From a virus, in the IMG/VR virus record IMGVR_UViG_3300021475_000011, positions 3,534 to 67,533 of that record: a stretch of DNA of 64,000 bases; one strand, written 5' to 3'. The notes beneath the pieces are model-generated. The model ran no database searches and had not been told where the DNA came from. It saw only the letters and a list, made by a program, of their open reading frames with translations. The position numbers were made by a program, and so were the translations under genes. Below are positions 1 to 9,399 of the stretch, piece after piece (position 1 is the first letter of the stretch; each line of letters starts with the position of its first letter).

Positions 1-59
1 CGCGGCCACGCGGTTCGCTTCGGCTGTGACGAGCTGGCGGGTGTTGTCTGACCCTTCGC

Positions 60-572
60 TCATTCTGGCGTCCACGGTTGCGGTGTGAGGCGCGCGGGCT
101 GGTAGAGCGGGTGTAGGGGTGCGCCGTGCTTGCTCAGGCCGAGGACGTGCAGGGCCCGCGGTGGGTCGCCCTGCAAAATTGCGGCGGCGCGCTCCGCGCG
201 GTAGTTGTCCGCGTTCGTGCCCCACGCGCACACGACGATGCCGGCTTCTGCGGCCAGGCGGGCGAGCCACACGTCGGCGTCCGGGCCAATCGGGTCCTCG
301 ACCTTGCGGAGCTGGCCGGGGTCAGTGGAGCGCCAGGCGTACAGGTTCGCCATGACGAGGCCGGGATAGCCCCAATCGCGGGCGAACCTGATGCAGCGGC
401 GGATCGTCGGGTCGTCCTGTGTCTCGTCGGCTGTGGAGGGGTTCAGGCCGACGAACACCACGGGCTTGCCGTCGCCCCATGTGCGGCGCAGCGCGTAGCG
501 GTAGCGGCGGCAAGGGCTGAAGTCGGCGCGCGGCAGCTCGTGGCCGGCGTCGAGCGAGAGCTGCCCGGTCAC
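60..572 (-). CDS. DUF1643 family protein
   Basis: Motifs FSPCRRYRYALRRTW, FVGLNPSTADETQDDPTIRRC, ANLYAWRSTDP, VVCAWG, PLHPLY; GTG start at 572 overlaps the upstream stop (GTGA). Confidence 0.9.
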   Translation of the reverse strand: MTGQLSLDAGHELPRADFSPCRRYRYALRRTWGDGKPVVFVGLNPSTADETQDDPTIRRCIRFARDWGYPGLVMANLYAWRSTDPGQLRKVEDPIGPDADVWLARLAAEAGIVVCAWGTNADNYRAERAAAILQGDPPRALHVLGLSKHGAPLHPLYQPARLTPQPWTPE

Positions 573-1300
573 GTCCGCTCGCGTAGCTTGCGCATGACTG
601 CGTGCGCGATGGCACCGCTCTCCTGTTCGCCGTGGCCGCGGTCGCGCATCGTGGCGTCCACCGCTGCGACGACGGCCATGTAGGCGAAGTTGCTCTGTTC
701 GACGTGGCCGAGCTGCGCGCGTAGCTGCCGCTCCTTGGACGGGTCGATCGCGTGGCGGATCAGCTCCGCCGATTGGTGGGCCGTGAACGGTGTCGGGTGG
801 TGGCGTGGCTCCGCTTCGACCCTGATCTTGCAGCCGCCGCCATCGACCTCGAGTAGCCCGCACTCGGGCGGGACGTACAGGCGGCGGTCGTCGGTCGGCT
901 CGCGGCGGTCGAGCTCGTCGGGCTTGAGCAGCCCCGCGGGGACGGCGAACAGGAAGTAGTGGCTGTGCGCGAGCGCCCACAGCGCCTTGCCCGGCCACTT
1001 CGGGACGGGTCGGCTGCGGTAGCTTGCGCCCTCGCCGGGCTGGTAGCCATACAGCTCGCGGCGCAGGTCTGAGCGGCTGACCTTGACCTCATACGCCACG
1101 ATCGCGTTGCGCACGACACGGCCAGCGCCCGAGAGGCCAGGTGCTTTCGCTGTGCGCCACACGCCGATCGCCAGCGTGTCGATCCCGCCGGTGGCGGCGC
1201 TGTAGCCGCTGAACGCCTCGTCCACGCAAACCCACTGGCCGGACGAGCTGTCGCAGCCGTGGCGGCGGTGGATAGCGGCCTTGACCTCACTGGCCTGCAT
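569..1300 (-). CDS. MmcB-like PD-(D/E)XK nuclease-fold protein
   Basis: IDTLAI...AYEVKVSRSDLRRE, YFLFAVPAGLL, VPPECGLLEV resemble the MmcB-like family. Confidence 0.65.
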   Translation of the reverse strand: MQASEVKAAIHRRHGCDSSSGQWVCVDEAFSGYSAATGGIDTLAIGVWRTAKAPGLSGAGRVVRNAIVAYEVKVSRSDLRRELYGYQPGEGASYRSRPVPKWPGKALWALAHSHYFLFAVPAGLLKPDELDRREPTDDRRLYVPPECGLLEVDGGGCKIRVEAEPRHHPTPFTAHQSAELIRHAIDPSKERQLRAQLGHVEQSNFAYMAVVAAVDATMRDRGHGEQESGAIAHAVMRKLRERT

Positions 1301-2411
1301 CGAGCCGGTCACGGACTGCCTGCTCGACAGGGCCGACGCCGCGCACATGCAGCACGCGCTCTAGCCGATCGAACAGGTGAGGGTGCTCCGGGTTGTCCTC
1401 CGCGAGCTTGAACAGCAGGTCCACGTAGCGGTCGCGGTCCTGCTCGTCGAGCGCGTCGTCGGTCAGGGGGGGGGGCGCAGCTTGGCGAGCGGCGCGCGCG
1501 GCGTCGCTGTCGTCCAGCTCCACGCCGGCAGGTGTCAGCGACGCCAAGCCCTCCGGGGTGAAGATCGGCTTGCCGTTCAGGGCCTCGGACACCGCGCCCG
1601 TGCAGTCGGGTTGTGAGGACGCTTCCTCATTTGCGCCCTCATCTGAGGCGCCAGAATCGGAAGTGTCGTCGATCGGGACGGCCTGCGTCGGTGTGGCGCC
1701 GGTGTCTAGCCCGTACTCCACGGCCACGGGGATGCGGTAGAGCTTGGACGCCTTCGCGCTGCGGTTCGCGCCCGGCCAGTCGTGCGCGCTGCGCTCCGTA
1801 GGCTCAACCTTACCTTCACCCTTCAGGACTTGGAGGTCGTGCGCGACCTGATGCGGCGCGCAGCCAAGCTCATGCTCGAGCAGCTTCACGCTGCGCGGCT
1901 TCTCGCTCAGCAGCTCCACGATCCGGCGGCGCCGGTCGGCGCTCGCGGTGTTCGCGCCGTGGCGGCGAGTGCTCGGCTCGAAGCGCTTGAACCCTGCCGG
2001 TGGTGAATCGTCCGCAGGTTGCGGGTCCGGGTCAGCGGGCCGTGCAGGTGCGGGCAGCGCCGGCGGCGAAGATGGCGAAGGTGCTGCCGCGCCGGTGACG
2101 GGAGGAGTCGAGGCCGGCGCAGCAGCGCCGCTCATTCTCCCGAGGCCCGCCGACAACACCTGCGAGACGGGCATCCCCGTCATATCGGCGAGCACGTCCG
2201 CAAGATCACGCTCCCCGATGTCGGCCGTCGGACGGTTCCGTGCGATGGCGACCTTCTCAGCCATCCTGCGCACAGCGTTTTCGAGCGACCCCCGGTCCTT
2301 GTACTGGCGGTAGAGGCTGAGCGTCGAGTCCACGCCGCGCCGGCGCAGATGGCGCAGCACCGTCCGCTCGTGCTCGCTCAAGACCTGCTCTGCGACCTCC
2401 GCGTCGCTCAC
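1287..2411 (-). CDS. winged-HTH DNA-binding protein with Pro/Ala-rich linker
   Basis: RRRRIVELLSEKPRSVKLLEHELGCAPHQVAHDLQVLKGEGKV is wHTH-like; GTG start at 2411 is coupled to the upstream small ORF. Confidence 0.55.
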   Translation of the reverse strand: MSDAEVAEQVLSEHERTVLRHLRRRGVDSTLSLYRQYKDRGSLENAVRRMAEKVAIARNRPTADIGERDLADVLADMTGMPVSQVLSAGLGRMSGAAAPASTPPVTGAAAPSPSSPPALPAPARPADPDPQPADDSPPAGFKRFEPSTRRHGANTASADRRRRIVELLSEKPRSVKLLEHELGCAPHQVAHDLQVLKGEGKVEPTERSAHDWPGANRSAKASKLYRIPVAVEYGLDTGATPTQAVPIDDTSDSGASDEGANEEASSQPDCTGAVSEALNGKPIFTPEGLASLTPAGVELDDSDAARAARQAAPPPLTDDALDEQDRDRYVDLLFKLAEDNPEHPHLFDRLERVLHVRGVGPVEQAVRDRLDAGQ

Positions 2412-2566
2412 TTCCGGCGTTCCTGCGCGCCAGGTGGCGGCGTGCCCGGCAGCGGGCGCTTCTCGTTCGGGCGCGTGCCGCGCTGAACCTCTACAGCGGG
2501 CGGACTGCTCGGCGCCGGCGCGTCCTTGCCCTGCTGCCCATCGCCATCGTCCGCCACTCTGACCAT
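2408..2566 (-). CDS. small hypothetical protein (52 aa, probably leaderless)
   Basis: MVRVADDGDGQQGKDAPAP...QERRK; ATG lies 6 nt after a GATAAT -10 box; stop overlaps the next GTG; not in the ORF track. Confidence 0.5.
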   Translation of the reverse strand: MVRVADDGDGQQGKDAPAPSSPPAVEVQRGTRPNEKRPLPGTPPPGAQERRK

Positions 2567-2620
2567 GCAAGCATTATCCCACGCTGGCCGGATGACGCAA
2601 CCGTGTCAACCTCGCTTACA
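2567..2620 (-). promoter_or_regulatory. promoter with TGTCA-N7-TTACA operator (2604-2620) and CTGGCCGGATGA box
   Basis: Minus strand reads TTGCGT-N16-GATAAT-N6-ATG. Confidence 0.55.
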
Positions 2621-2639
2621 GGGAGGATTTTATCCTCCC
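2621..2639 (-). terminator. hairpin directly after the MTase stop codon
   Basis: GGGAGGAT-TTT-ATCCTCCC perfect 8-bp stem. Confidence 0.5.
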
Positions 2640-2640
2640 C

Positions 2641-3954
2641 CTACAGGCCGGCGAACAGCGGCGCGGTGACACCCGACATGCGCCTGCGCACGAGCTCGAC
2701 GTACTCCGGGTTCAGCTCCACGCCGAGCGCATCGCGGCCGTGAGCGACGGCAACGCCGAGCGTCGTCCCGCTGCCCGCGAAGGGGTCTATCACCAACGAG
2801 CGCCCCCCCCCGTCAGCATGTGAGCAGGTCGGCTTCCAGCCCGTCGTCTCGGCCTGCGCGGTGCCGGTCCCGTTGGAGCTGCCGAGCGTCGAGCGCTCCG
2901 TGCCGCCCGTCTGCACGCCGCCGTTGCTCTCGACCTTCCGCTTGCCGTAGCGCGAGCCGTTCCAGCCTTCGTCCTTGCGCTCGACGACGCGCGTCCACGG
3001 CGCGCCACAGCTCGAGCACGCCTGCGGGGCGCTGCCCGCCAGCACCATCGGCACGATCAGCTCCTCGGGGAACGTCGCAAAGTGCGCGTCCGGGTAGGGC
3101 CTCGTCGCCACGGTCCACACGTCGCGCTTGTTCCGCCGGCGGCTGGCAGGCGCGCTCTCGCCGCGCTCAGCGCGTTCGGTGAAGCCCTGACCATAGGGCG
3201 ACTTGATCGACTGCGGGCTGTTCGGCTCGCCGTAGGTCGCCTCCTCGCTGATCGCCTCCGCGTCGTAGTAGTAGCGGTCGCTCTTGGCGAGCAGGAAAAC
3301 GTGCTCGTGCGCGCTGGTCGGCCGGTCGATCACGCTCTCGGGCATCGGGTTCGGCTTGTGCCAGATGATGTCCTTGCGGAGATACCAACCGTCTTCACGC
3401 AGCGCGAACGCGACAAGCCACGGGATGCCGAGCAAGTCCTTCGGCTTCAAGCTGCCCACGCGCAGGCCGTGGCCGGTGGCGAGCGCCGGGCGCTGCGTGT
3501 TCCGCGCGCGGCCAGGCCCGTCGATGCCGCTGCCCGGCCCGCTGTTGCCGTTGTAGGCGTTGTAGCTGTCGCCAAGGTTCAGCCACACCACGCCGTCGTC
3601 GCGCAGCACGCGCCTGACCTGCTGGAAGACGGCGACCATCTTCTCGGCGTACAGGTCAGGGGTGCGCTCGAGGCCGATCTGCTCGTCGATCCTGATGGCG
3701 CCGCACAGGCCGCAGGTGCTCGAATCCTTCATCGGCCTGACGCCCGTGATGCGGTGCCGGCGCGGCGCCTTCTGATCTTCCACGGCGCCGCCGACGCGGT
3801 GCGAGCACGCGGGGTCGCCGCCCTCCCACTCAGCGGTGCCGTAGTCGCGCAGCCCGAAGTAGGGCGGGCTCGTGATGCAGCATTGCGCGATCCCGTCGTC
3901 CAGTTCAGCCAGGCGCGCGAAGACGCTGCCCTGAAGAATCTCCCACTCGCTCAC
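2641..3954 (-). CDS. site-specific DNA methyltransferase, beta class (N4-cytosine/N6-adenine)
   Basis: TSPPY motif IV precedes DPFAGSGTT motif I; IIWHKPNPMPES, HFATFPEELI; two Cys-rich inserts. Confidence 0.93.
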   Translation of the reverse strand: MSEWEILQGSVFARLAELDDGIAQCCITSPPYFGLRDYGTAEWEGGDPACSHRVGGAVEDQKAPRRHRITGVRPMKDSSTCGLCGAIRIDEQIGLERTPDLYAEKMVAVFQQVRRVLRDDGVVWLNLGDSYNAYNGNSGPGSGIDGPGRARNTQRPALATGHGLRVGSLKPKDLLGIPWLVAFALREDGWYLRKDIIWHKPNPMPESVIDRPTSAHEHVFLLAKSDRYYYDAEAISEEATYGEPNSPQSIKSPYGQGFTERAERGESAPASRRRNKRDVWTVATRPYPDAHFATFPEELIVPMVLAGSAPQACSSCGAPWTRVVERKDEGWNGSRYGKRKVESNGGVQTGGTERSTLGSSNGTGTAQAETTGWKPTCSHADGGGRSLVIDPFAGSGTTLGVAVAHGRDALGVELNPEYVELVRRRMSGVTAPLFAGL

Positions 3955-4289
3955 AGCGCGACGAACTCTACGCGCCACACCATCAGCTCGGGGTCGTACT
4001 CGCCGTTGATCCCAGCGAACGCGGCCATGAACTGACGAGGGTCGGAGAAGCCCTCCTTGCGGGCCTCGGAGAACGACAGGCGTCCGAGCGGCATCCGGCG
4101 GCACGAGGTCACGCGCGCTTCACCTATTCGCGTCACGCCGCGGCCAGGATTCACAGTGAAGACCTTGCCGGGCTGATAGGTGCAGCGCTCCCGCCACCAC
4201 GGCGACCGGGGGTTGTCGCTGCACAGGCGGCGGGTGACGGTCTTCTCGCCGGCGACGACGAGCGCGGCGAGCTCGGGCTTGAAGATCAT
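3951..4289 (-). CDS. ASCH domain protein
   Basis: MIFKPELAALVVAGEKTVTRR...EARKEGF...VWRVEF matches the ASCH GxKxxxxR signature. Confidence 0.85.
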   Translation of the reverse strand: MIFKPELAALVVAGEKTVTRRLCSDNPRSPWWRERCTYQPGKVFTVNPGRGVTRIGEARVTSCRRMPLGRLSFSEARKEGFSDPRQFMAAFAGINGEYDPELMVWRVEFVAL

Positions 4290-6160
4290 CGCTCGTCGAG
4301 GATCGGCAGCAGGCGCTCCACGATCGCGGCCATGACCGGCGGCGTCACGGCGTTGCCGTACTGCGCCATCCGTTCGCGCTTGTTGCCGAGCACCTGATAC
4401 TCGGACCCGTCGGTGTGGTCGGCCATGACCATCGCGCCGGCTATCTCGTGCAGCGCGAACATGCGAAAGCCGCAGTCGTCGATCGCTGCCTCCGTCCAGA
4501 CGACGGCAGCGCGGTCGCGGGTCGTCAACGTCTGCACGGGTTCGCGGTCGGCGATCCCCGCGACGCCTGTGCGGTCGTAGGGCACGATCAGCGCGTGGCC
4601 GTCCTTCGTGGTGACGCTGCCCATCGCCTCGTCGTCGGCGCGGCGCGCCCAGCCGGGCGAGTAGTTGGCGAGCACGACGGCGTGGTGATAGCCGCCGGCG
4701 CGCATCGTGTGAACGGGGTCCTCGGGGTGCCGGGCGCCGCCGTTGTTCTGAAGCTCGACGACGGCCAACGTCTCGCCCGTGCAAGCGGTCTGCGATGGCT
4801 CGTCGTGAGCGGAGCGCGGGACGCCGTGCATCCGGTTCCCCATGACGAGCGCGGGGTCCTCGTACATCGAGCAATGAGGACTGTGCCACGGGCCAGGCGC
4901 CGCGCCGCGCGGATCGTAGGTCGCGCACTCCGAGCAGTAGGTCATCGCCGGCGCGCCCGTGACGATCGCGGCGCGCGTGGTCGTCGTCTGAGTCGGCGCC
5001 GGCGCCGTGGCGGCCGGGCGGAGCTCGACGGCGCCCATCGGCGGGACGACCATCGCTCGATCGAGCGTGCCGTGAATCGTGTCGAGCGGCTGCCGGCGGG
5101 AGTCTCGCGCGCGGTTCCCCGGCGTGCGCTCGTAGGTGTTGCCCGCCACCGGCATCACCATCGCCATGTCGTGCCGCTGCGTGAGCGTGACGATCGGCAG
5201 CGTCAGCGGCTTCGGCTGGCCGCCCTGCAAGAGCCGGATGGCGAACGGCTCCGATTCCAGCCTCGTCAGGCCGCGCCCGATCCGGTCGCGCGTGTTGCAG
5301 GCGAGCGGGTGATGCTGCCCGCACTTGCGGCACTTCGTCGGCTTGCGGTCGCCGATCCGTTCGATGGGCAGCGTCCGGTCGATGATGCTGGCCGCCGGCG
5401 CTGCGCCCGGCAGCACCGTCCCCTTGCACGTCGGGCAGGCGTAGAGGTACTGCACGCCGTAGCGTCCCCAGCGCGGGCGGTCCACGCGCTTCCACCGCTG
5501 GCGGCCGTGGACGACCGTCTCGCAGCTCGGGCACCACGCGATCGGCTCGAAGTCGAGGTTCGGCGCGCGCAGCGTGCGCAGCCAGAACACCACGTACATG
5601 CGGTCACGCGACTGCGGCGTCGGCGGGCAGAACATCGAGTTGAGCCACACGATTTCGTGGGTGTAGCCGAGCGCGAGCATCGCCTGAAGCCACGCCTGGA
5701 ACAGCCCGCCGTCGTCGCCATAGCCCCACTTGTAGGCGTCCACGACGTTCTCCACGACGATCGCCTTGTAGGGCCTGCCCTTCAACCGCTTCTGCTCAGC
5801 GAAGCGCACCACGTCCCACATCGTCGCGCGCGAGCGTTCCTGCTCGTCGTCGCCCGCGGGCCCGTCGTCGAACAGCGACGACCGCTGCGGCTTCTGGCGG
5901 CGCGCGCCCTTCGCCAAGCTGTGATTCGTACACTCGGGCGAGGCGAGCAGGATGTCGCTGTCGGGGTAGCGCCTGATGCGGTTCGTGGTCAGGCTGGCGA
6001 TGTCCTCGCACTCGTGGTCGGCGTGCTGGAAGTTCTCGCTGTGCGTTTCGATCGCGCGCTGCCAGTGGTTCAGGCCAAGGCGCAGCGTGCCGCCCGCCAG
6101 CTCGAAGCCCAAGCTCGAGCCGCCGGCGCCGCAGAACAGGTCGGTCGCGGTGACGCTCAT
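4286..6160 (-). CDS. DNA (cytosine-5)-methyltransferase
   Basis: DLFCGAGG, ASPECT (catalytic Cys), VENV, PQSRDR, QYGNAVTPP. Confidence 0.93.
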   Translation of the reverse strand: MSVTATDLFCGAGGSSLGFELAGGTLRLGLNHWQRAIETHSENFQHADHECEDIASLTTNRIRRYPDSDILLASPECTNHSLAKGARRQKPQRSSLFDDGPAGDDEQERSRATMWDVVRFAEQKRLKGRPYKAIVVENVVDAYKWGYGDDGGLFQAWLQAMLALGYTHEIVWLNSMFCPPTPQSRDRMYVVFWLRTLRAPNLDFEPIAWCPSCETVVHGRQRWKRVDRPRWGRYGVQYLYACPTCKGTVLPGAAPAASIIDRTLPIERIGDRKPTKCRKCGQHHPLACNTRDRIGRGLTRLESEPFAIRLLQGGQPKPLTLPIVTLTQRHDMAMVMPVAGNTYERTPGNRARDSRRQPLDTIHGTLDRAMVVPPMGAVELRPAATAPAPTQTTTTRAAIVTGAPAMTYCSECATYDPRGAAPGPWHSPHCSMYEDPALVMGNRMHGVPRSAHDEPSQTACTGETLAVVELQNNGGARHPEDPVHTMRAGGYHHAVVLANYSPGWARRADDEAMGSVTTKDGHALIVPYDRTGVAGIADREPVQTLTTRDRAAVVWTEAAIDDCGFRMFALHEIAGAMVMADHTDGSEYQVLGNKRERMAQYGNAVTPPVMAAIVERLLPILDER

Positions 6161-6612
6161 GCGATCGGCCCATGCTCGACGCACTCGTTCAGCGCATCGA
6201 GGCGCGAGCCGAAGTCGCGGGCGGCCAAGTCGATCATGCTCTTGCCCTCCCACAGCATCACGTCGCCGCCCTCCAAGTGCGTGATCCGGCGGCGGCCGTC
6301 AGCGTCGATCGCGCGCACGAGCACGATCACGCCCTGCGGCTGCCAGCCGTCCGGCAGGGCCTCGGACAGTTCGACGCCCAGCACGAGGGGATGGCGCTGC
6401 TCCTGCACGGTCATCGGAAGCAGGTCGGCCAAGTCGCACCGCACGCGCCGCGCGACGCCGATCAGCGCCTCGACGGTGATGGCCTGCTTGCCAGCCTCGA
6501 TGTTCGTAACGGCTGTGCGACTGAGGCCCAGCGCTTCCCCGAGCTCGGCCTGCGTCAGCCCGGCGCGCCGGCGCTGCTCACGGACGCGCTCGCCGATGAC
6601 CTTGCTCATCAT
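6157..6612 (-). CDS. XRE-family HTH transcriptional regulator
   Basis: IGERVREQRRRAGLTQAELGEALGLSRTAVTNIEAGKQ. Confidence 0.88.
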   Translation of the reverse strand: MMSKVIGERVREQRRRAGLTQAELGEALGLSRTAVTNIEAGKQAITVEALIGVARRVRCDLADLLPMTVQEQRHPLVLGVELSEALPDGWQPQGVIVLVRAIDADGRRRITHLEGGDVMLWEGKSMIDLAARDFGSRLDALNECVEHGPIA

Positions 6613-7535
6613 CGCGCGCGCACCGCAAGGTCGTCCTCGGCGTAGATGCGGACGCCGGGAATCTCGCGCTCGCCGTCGCTCACGGCGGCGCGCAGCAGCC
6701 GGTCGTCCACCATCAGGTATTGCCGGGGGACCTGCATCGCGTCCGTGACCTCGAACTTCCAGCGCTTGCGGGTGTGCGCGCTGCCGCTCTCCGTGCGCGT
6801 GACGCTCGGGCGCGCAGCGGGCAGGTCCAGCGGCGCGGGCACGGGCGGTGGCGTGGCGGCCTCGGCCTGCGCGATGTGCTCGAGGCCGGCGTCGGTCACA
6901 TCCTCGGGCGCCACCGCCTCAGCGGCGCCCACGTCGAGCTGTGCCTGCCCGTCAGCGACGCTCGCGGCGCGGCGCTCGGCGAGCACGCGCGCGGCGACGG
7001 GCCGTTCGTCCTCGCGCCCGCCGGTCACGATCTGCTGAAGCTCGTCGTCGCTCAGCCCGACCATGATGCCGTGCAGCTCTGCCGCCTCGGCGGCCAGCCG
7101 CACGCGCTCGGCCTCAGCGGCAGCTTCACGATCGCGCTGCTCCTGTTCCTCGCGCTCGCGCTGCTCGGCGAGCTGGCGCTGAATCTCCTCCTGCCGTTCC
7201 CGCTCGACCTGCCGCCGGTACGCCAGGATGCGGTCCTTCAGGACGCCCTCGGCCTCTTCGAGCGGTCCCTTCGTGGCCTTGAACTCCTCGTCGATCATTT
7301 TGGCGTGGTCCTTGATCGGCTTCACGAGCCGGACCCGCGCGCGCTCGGCGGCCGAGAGCTGCGACTTGATCTGCACAAGCAGCTCCGTCGCGGCGCGCTC
7401 GTCGTCGTCGTCCTTCACGGCCATGACCTTCACGGCGGCGAGGATCGGCGACGCCGACTCGTTGACCTCGACGACCGCCGGGAGGGCCCGCGGATCGGCG
7501 TCGAGGTCGATCACGTTCTGCTGCTCGTCGGTCAT
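6609..7535 (-). CDS. coiled-coil phage protein with Gp157/Gam-like C-terminus
   Basis: Long coiled coil; C-terminal RKRWKFEVTD...VPRQYLMVD...REIPGVRIY. Confidence 0.55.
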   Translation of the reverse strand: MTDEQQNVIDLDADPRALPAVVEVNESASPILAAVKVMAVKDDDDERAATELLVQIKSQLSAAERARVRLVKPIKDHAKMIDEEFKATKGPLEEAEGVLKDRILAYRRQVERERQEEIQRQLAEQREREEQEQRDREAAAEAERVRLAAEAAELHGIMVGLSDDELQQIVTGGREDERPVAARVLAERRAASVADGQAQLDVGAAEAVAPEDVTDAGLEHIAQAEAATPPPVPAPLDLPAARPSVTRTESGSAHTRKRWKFEVTDAMQVPRQYLMVDDRLLRAAVSDGEREIPGVRIYAEDDLAVRAR

Positions 7536-7813
7536 GTGATGCCCCTTCTGACCGCCGTGCGGCCGAGTCGTAGCCCAGCGCCAAGGCCGATCGTGAAGCA
7601 CACCGCCATTTCGCGGTGCCAGCGCTCAGTGTCAAAGTAGCCGCCCTGGTCGATCCGTGTGCGGGCGAACCTCGCACCTTCCGACATCACATGGTCGAGC
7701 TCGATCCCGAACTCGTCGAACGGGCGGAGCGGCGTCTCGCCGTGGCCGTGCCCCTGGTAGGTCTGCGCGAACTCGATCAGCTCGCGCTCTATCTCCTCGC
7801 GGCCGATCCTCAT
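7532..7813 (-). CDS. hypothetical protein
   Basis: MRIGREEIERELIEFAQ...; ATGA overlaps on both sides. Confidence 0.6.
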   Translation of the reverse strand: MRIGREEIERELIEFAQTYQGHGHGETPLRPFDEFGIELDHVMSEGARFARTRIDQGGYFDTERWHREMAVCFTIGLGAGLRLGRTAVRRGIT

Positions 7814-8811
7814 TGCCACGCGGGGATGCTGAACGCGATCGGTGTGGTGGCGCTCGACGGTGCGTAGCCAGCGCCGCCGGCGTAGCTGGCCGTCAGGGTC
7901 GTGGTGCCAGCTTCGACGGTGGCGATCGGCAGGTCCAGCGTGTTGCCCGTCGCGGGCGCGATGTTCACCGACTGCGGGTAGTAGGCGAACTCGCCGAGCT
8001 GCCCGTCGTAGTTGCCGCGCGTGGCGATGACCGTCACCTTCAGGCTGCCTTCGAGCTGCACGCCGCCGGCGGTCACGACCGGCGCGCCGGGCGCCTGGTG
8101 GCCGTTGACGGTGGTGTGCGCGGTCACGGTCAGCGTGCCCGCGAGCGCCCATGTGTGGCCGTCGCCGTCGTAGCCTTCGATGCTCGGAGCAGGCAGCGCC
8201 GTGTAGGTCGCTTCGACGGTCGTGGTGGTGGTGAACGGTTCGATCTGCTCGACGCTCGTTTCGGTGACGGTCGTTTCACCTGACGAGTAGGTGACGACGA
8301 CGGTGTGCGCGCCGGTCGCCTGGTAGGTGACAGGGCAGGTGCCGCCTTCGACGCCGTTGCCGACGTTGATGCTGCACTCCAACGTGCCGTCGCTGTAGAG
8401 CGTCAGCACGCCTTCGGGGAGCGGCTGCGCGCCGTGTTCGTCGAACGCGCCGGCGTCGTAGCTGTAGGTCACGGCCAGCGGGTTCGAGGGGTCCTGCGTG
8501 AACGACGGGTCGAGCTTCGCGCGGAGCTTGTGAGCGGGCGCGGCCGGTGCGGCGGCGGCAGGCGTGGCGCCCGCCGGCGTCGTGCCGATGCAGTCGAAGT
8601 GCTTGACGTGGGTCACGACCATGACCGGGACGCGGTGGCCGTGGACGCGGTGGTAGACCGTCCTCAGCTTGCCGTGGACGCGGTGCGTCTTCGGGCGCTT
8701 GACGGTGACGGTCGTGATCTTGCAGCCGGCTGCCGGTGCTACACCGTAGTTTGTAGCACCTGCGAGTGTGGCGAGAGCGGCGAGTGAGAGTGTCTTTATG
8801 GAAGTGGTCAT
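7810..8811 (-). CDS. secreted Ig-like domain protein
   Basis: N-terminal signal peptide, K/H-rich Cys-bounded segment, then Thr-rich beta strands (PEGVLTLYSDG...GAHTVVVTYS; LTASYAGGAGYAPS) resembling bacterial Ig-like group 3. Confidence 0.65.
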   Translation of the reverse strand: MTTSIKTLSLAALATLAGATNYGVAPAAGCKITTVTVKRPKTHRVHGKLRTVYHRVHGHRVPVMVVTHVKHFDCIGTTPAGATPAAAAPAAPAHKLRAKLDPSFTQDPSNPLAVTYSYDAGAFDEHGAQPLPEGVLTLYSDGTLECSINVGNGVEGGTCPVTYQATGAHTVVVTYSSGETTVTETSVEQIEPFTTTTTVEATYTALPAPSIEGYDGDGHTWALAGTLTVTAHTTVNGHQAPGAPVVTAGGVQLEGSLKVTVIATRGNYDGQLGEFAYYPQSVNIAPATGNTLDLPIATVEAGTTTLTASYAGGAGYAPSSATTPIAFSIPAWQ

Positions 8812-8874
8812 GGGTACAGCATCGCAACCTCGCGGGGGATTGTCAAGGCGGGTGACACCCTACTGGACGGATGA
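8799..8874 (-). promoter_or_regulatory. leaderless promoter with operator (8841-8857) and conserved 5' motif
   Basis: Minus strand: TCATCCGTCCAG...TTGACA-N17-GATGCT-N6-ATGACCACTTCCA. Confidence 0.75.
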
Positions 8875-8880
8875 TCTACC

Positions 8881-8935
8881 GGGCGCCCGACACGCTGGCC
8901 GGGCGCCCCGGTCAAATCTGACCGGCGCCGGTCAG
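8881..8935 (-). terminator. stacked hairpins after the 3D-domain gene
   Basis: GGGCGCCCG/CGGGCGCCC stem (8881-8908) and a perfect 18-bp palindrome CTGACCGGCGCCGGTCAG (8918-8935). Confidence 0.45.
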
Positions 8936-9321
8936 CGGCGCATCACCGTGAAGCCCCTGCGCTGCCTGCCGTACTCGTCGCAGGCGGCTTCGCTCGGGTT
9001 GTAGATGTCCAGTTCGGACCCTGACCCGATGTGATCCTCGACCTGATAGACCGACCGCCCGAACGCCGGACGATCGAGCCTGATCCACGCGCCGAGCGGC
9101 AGGAACCCCGGCAGCACAGCCACGATGCCGGGCCTCGTCTGCTCGCCGCTCGCCGTGGTCCCCGACTGCGCATAGCAGGTGGATTCCACGGTGTAGTGCT
9201 GAGCTGCCTGGTGATGATGGTGATGGTGCGCGCCGGCAGCGTGCGCAGGGGTGAAGGCCGCGATCAGCGCGGCGAATAGAAGTCGGACGGTGCCGCTCCT
9301 TTCCTCGGTTCGCCGCACCAC
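8932..9321 (-). CDS. secreted 3D-domain (MltA/RlpA-like) cell-wall protein
   Basis: Signal peptide, His6 run, STCY...TTASG...GIVAV...LPLG...VEDHIG...LDIY; start codon uncertain. Confidence 0.8.
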   Translation of the reverse strand: MVRRTEERSGTVRLLFAALIAAFTPAHAAGAHHHHHHQAAQHYTVESTCYAQSGTTASGEQTRPGIVAVLPGFLPLGAWIRLDRPAFGRSVYQVEDHIGSGSELDIYNPSEAACDEYGRQRRGFTVMRR

Positions 9322-9399
9322 GAGGGCGCGGCCTGACTACCCGCCCGGCGTGCTCACGGGCGGGCGCGTGCAGGGAATACGGCCCTGCTCACGATTTGG

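Noticed and set aside
569-6160. Complete restriction-modification system
   Set aside because: No convincing cognate REase lies next to the MTases; the MmcB-like gene is in a separate operon behind a hairpin and promoter
3082-6748. Long plus-strand ORFs (317, 777 aa) and similar antisense ORFs throughout the window
   Set aside because: They are shadow ORFs of high-GC minus-strand genes, Arg/Ala-rich with no recognisable motifs
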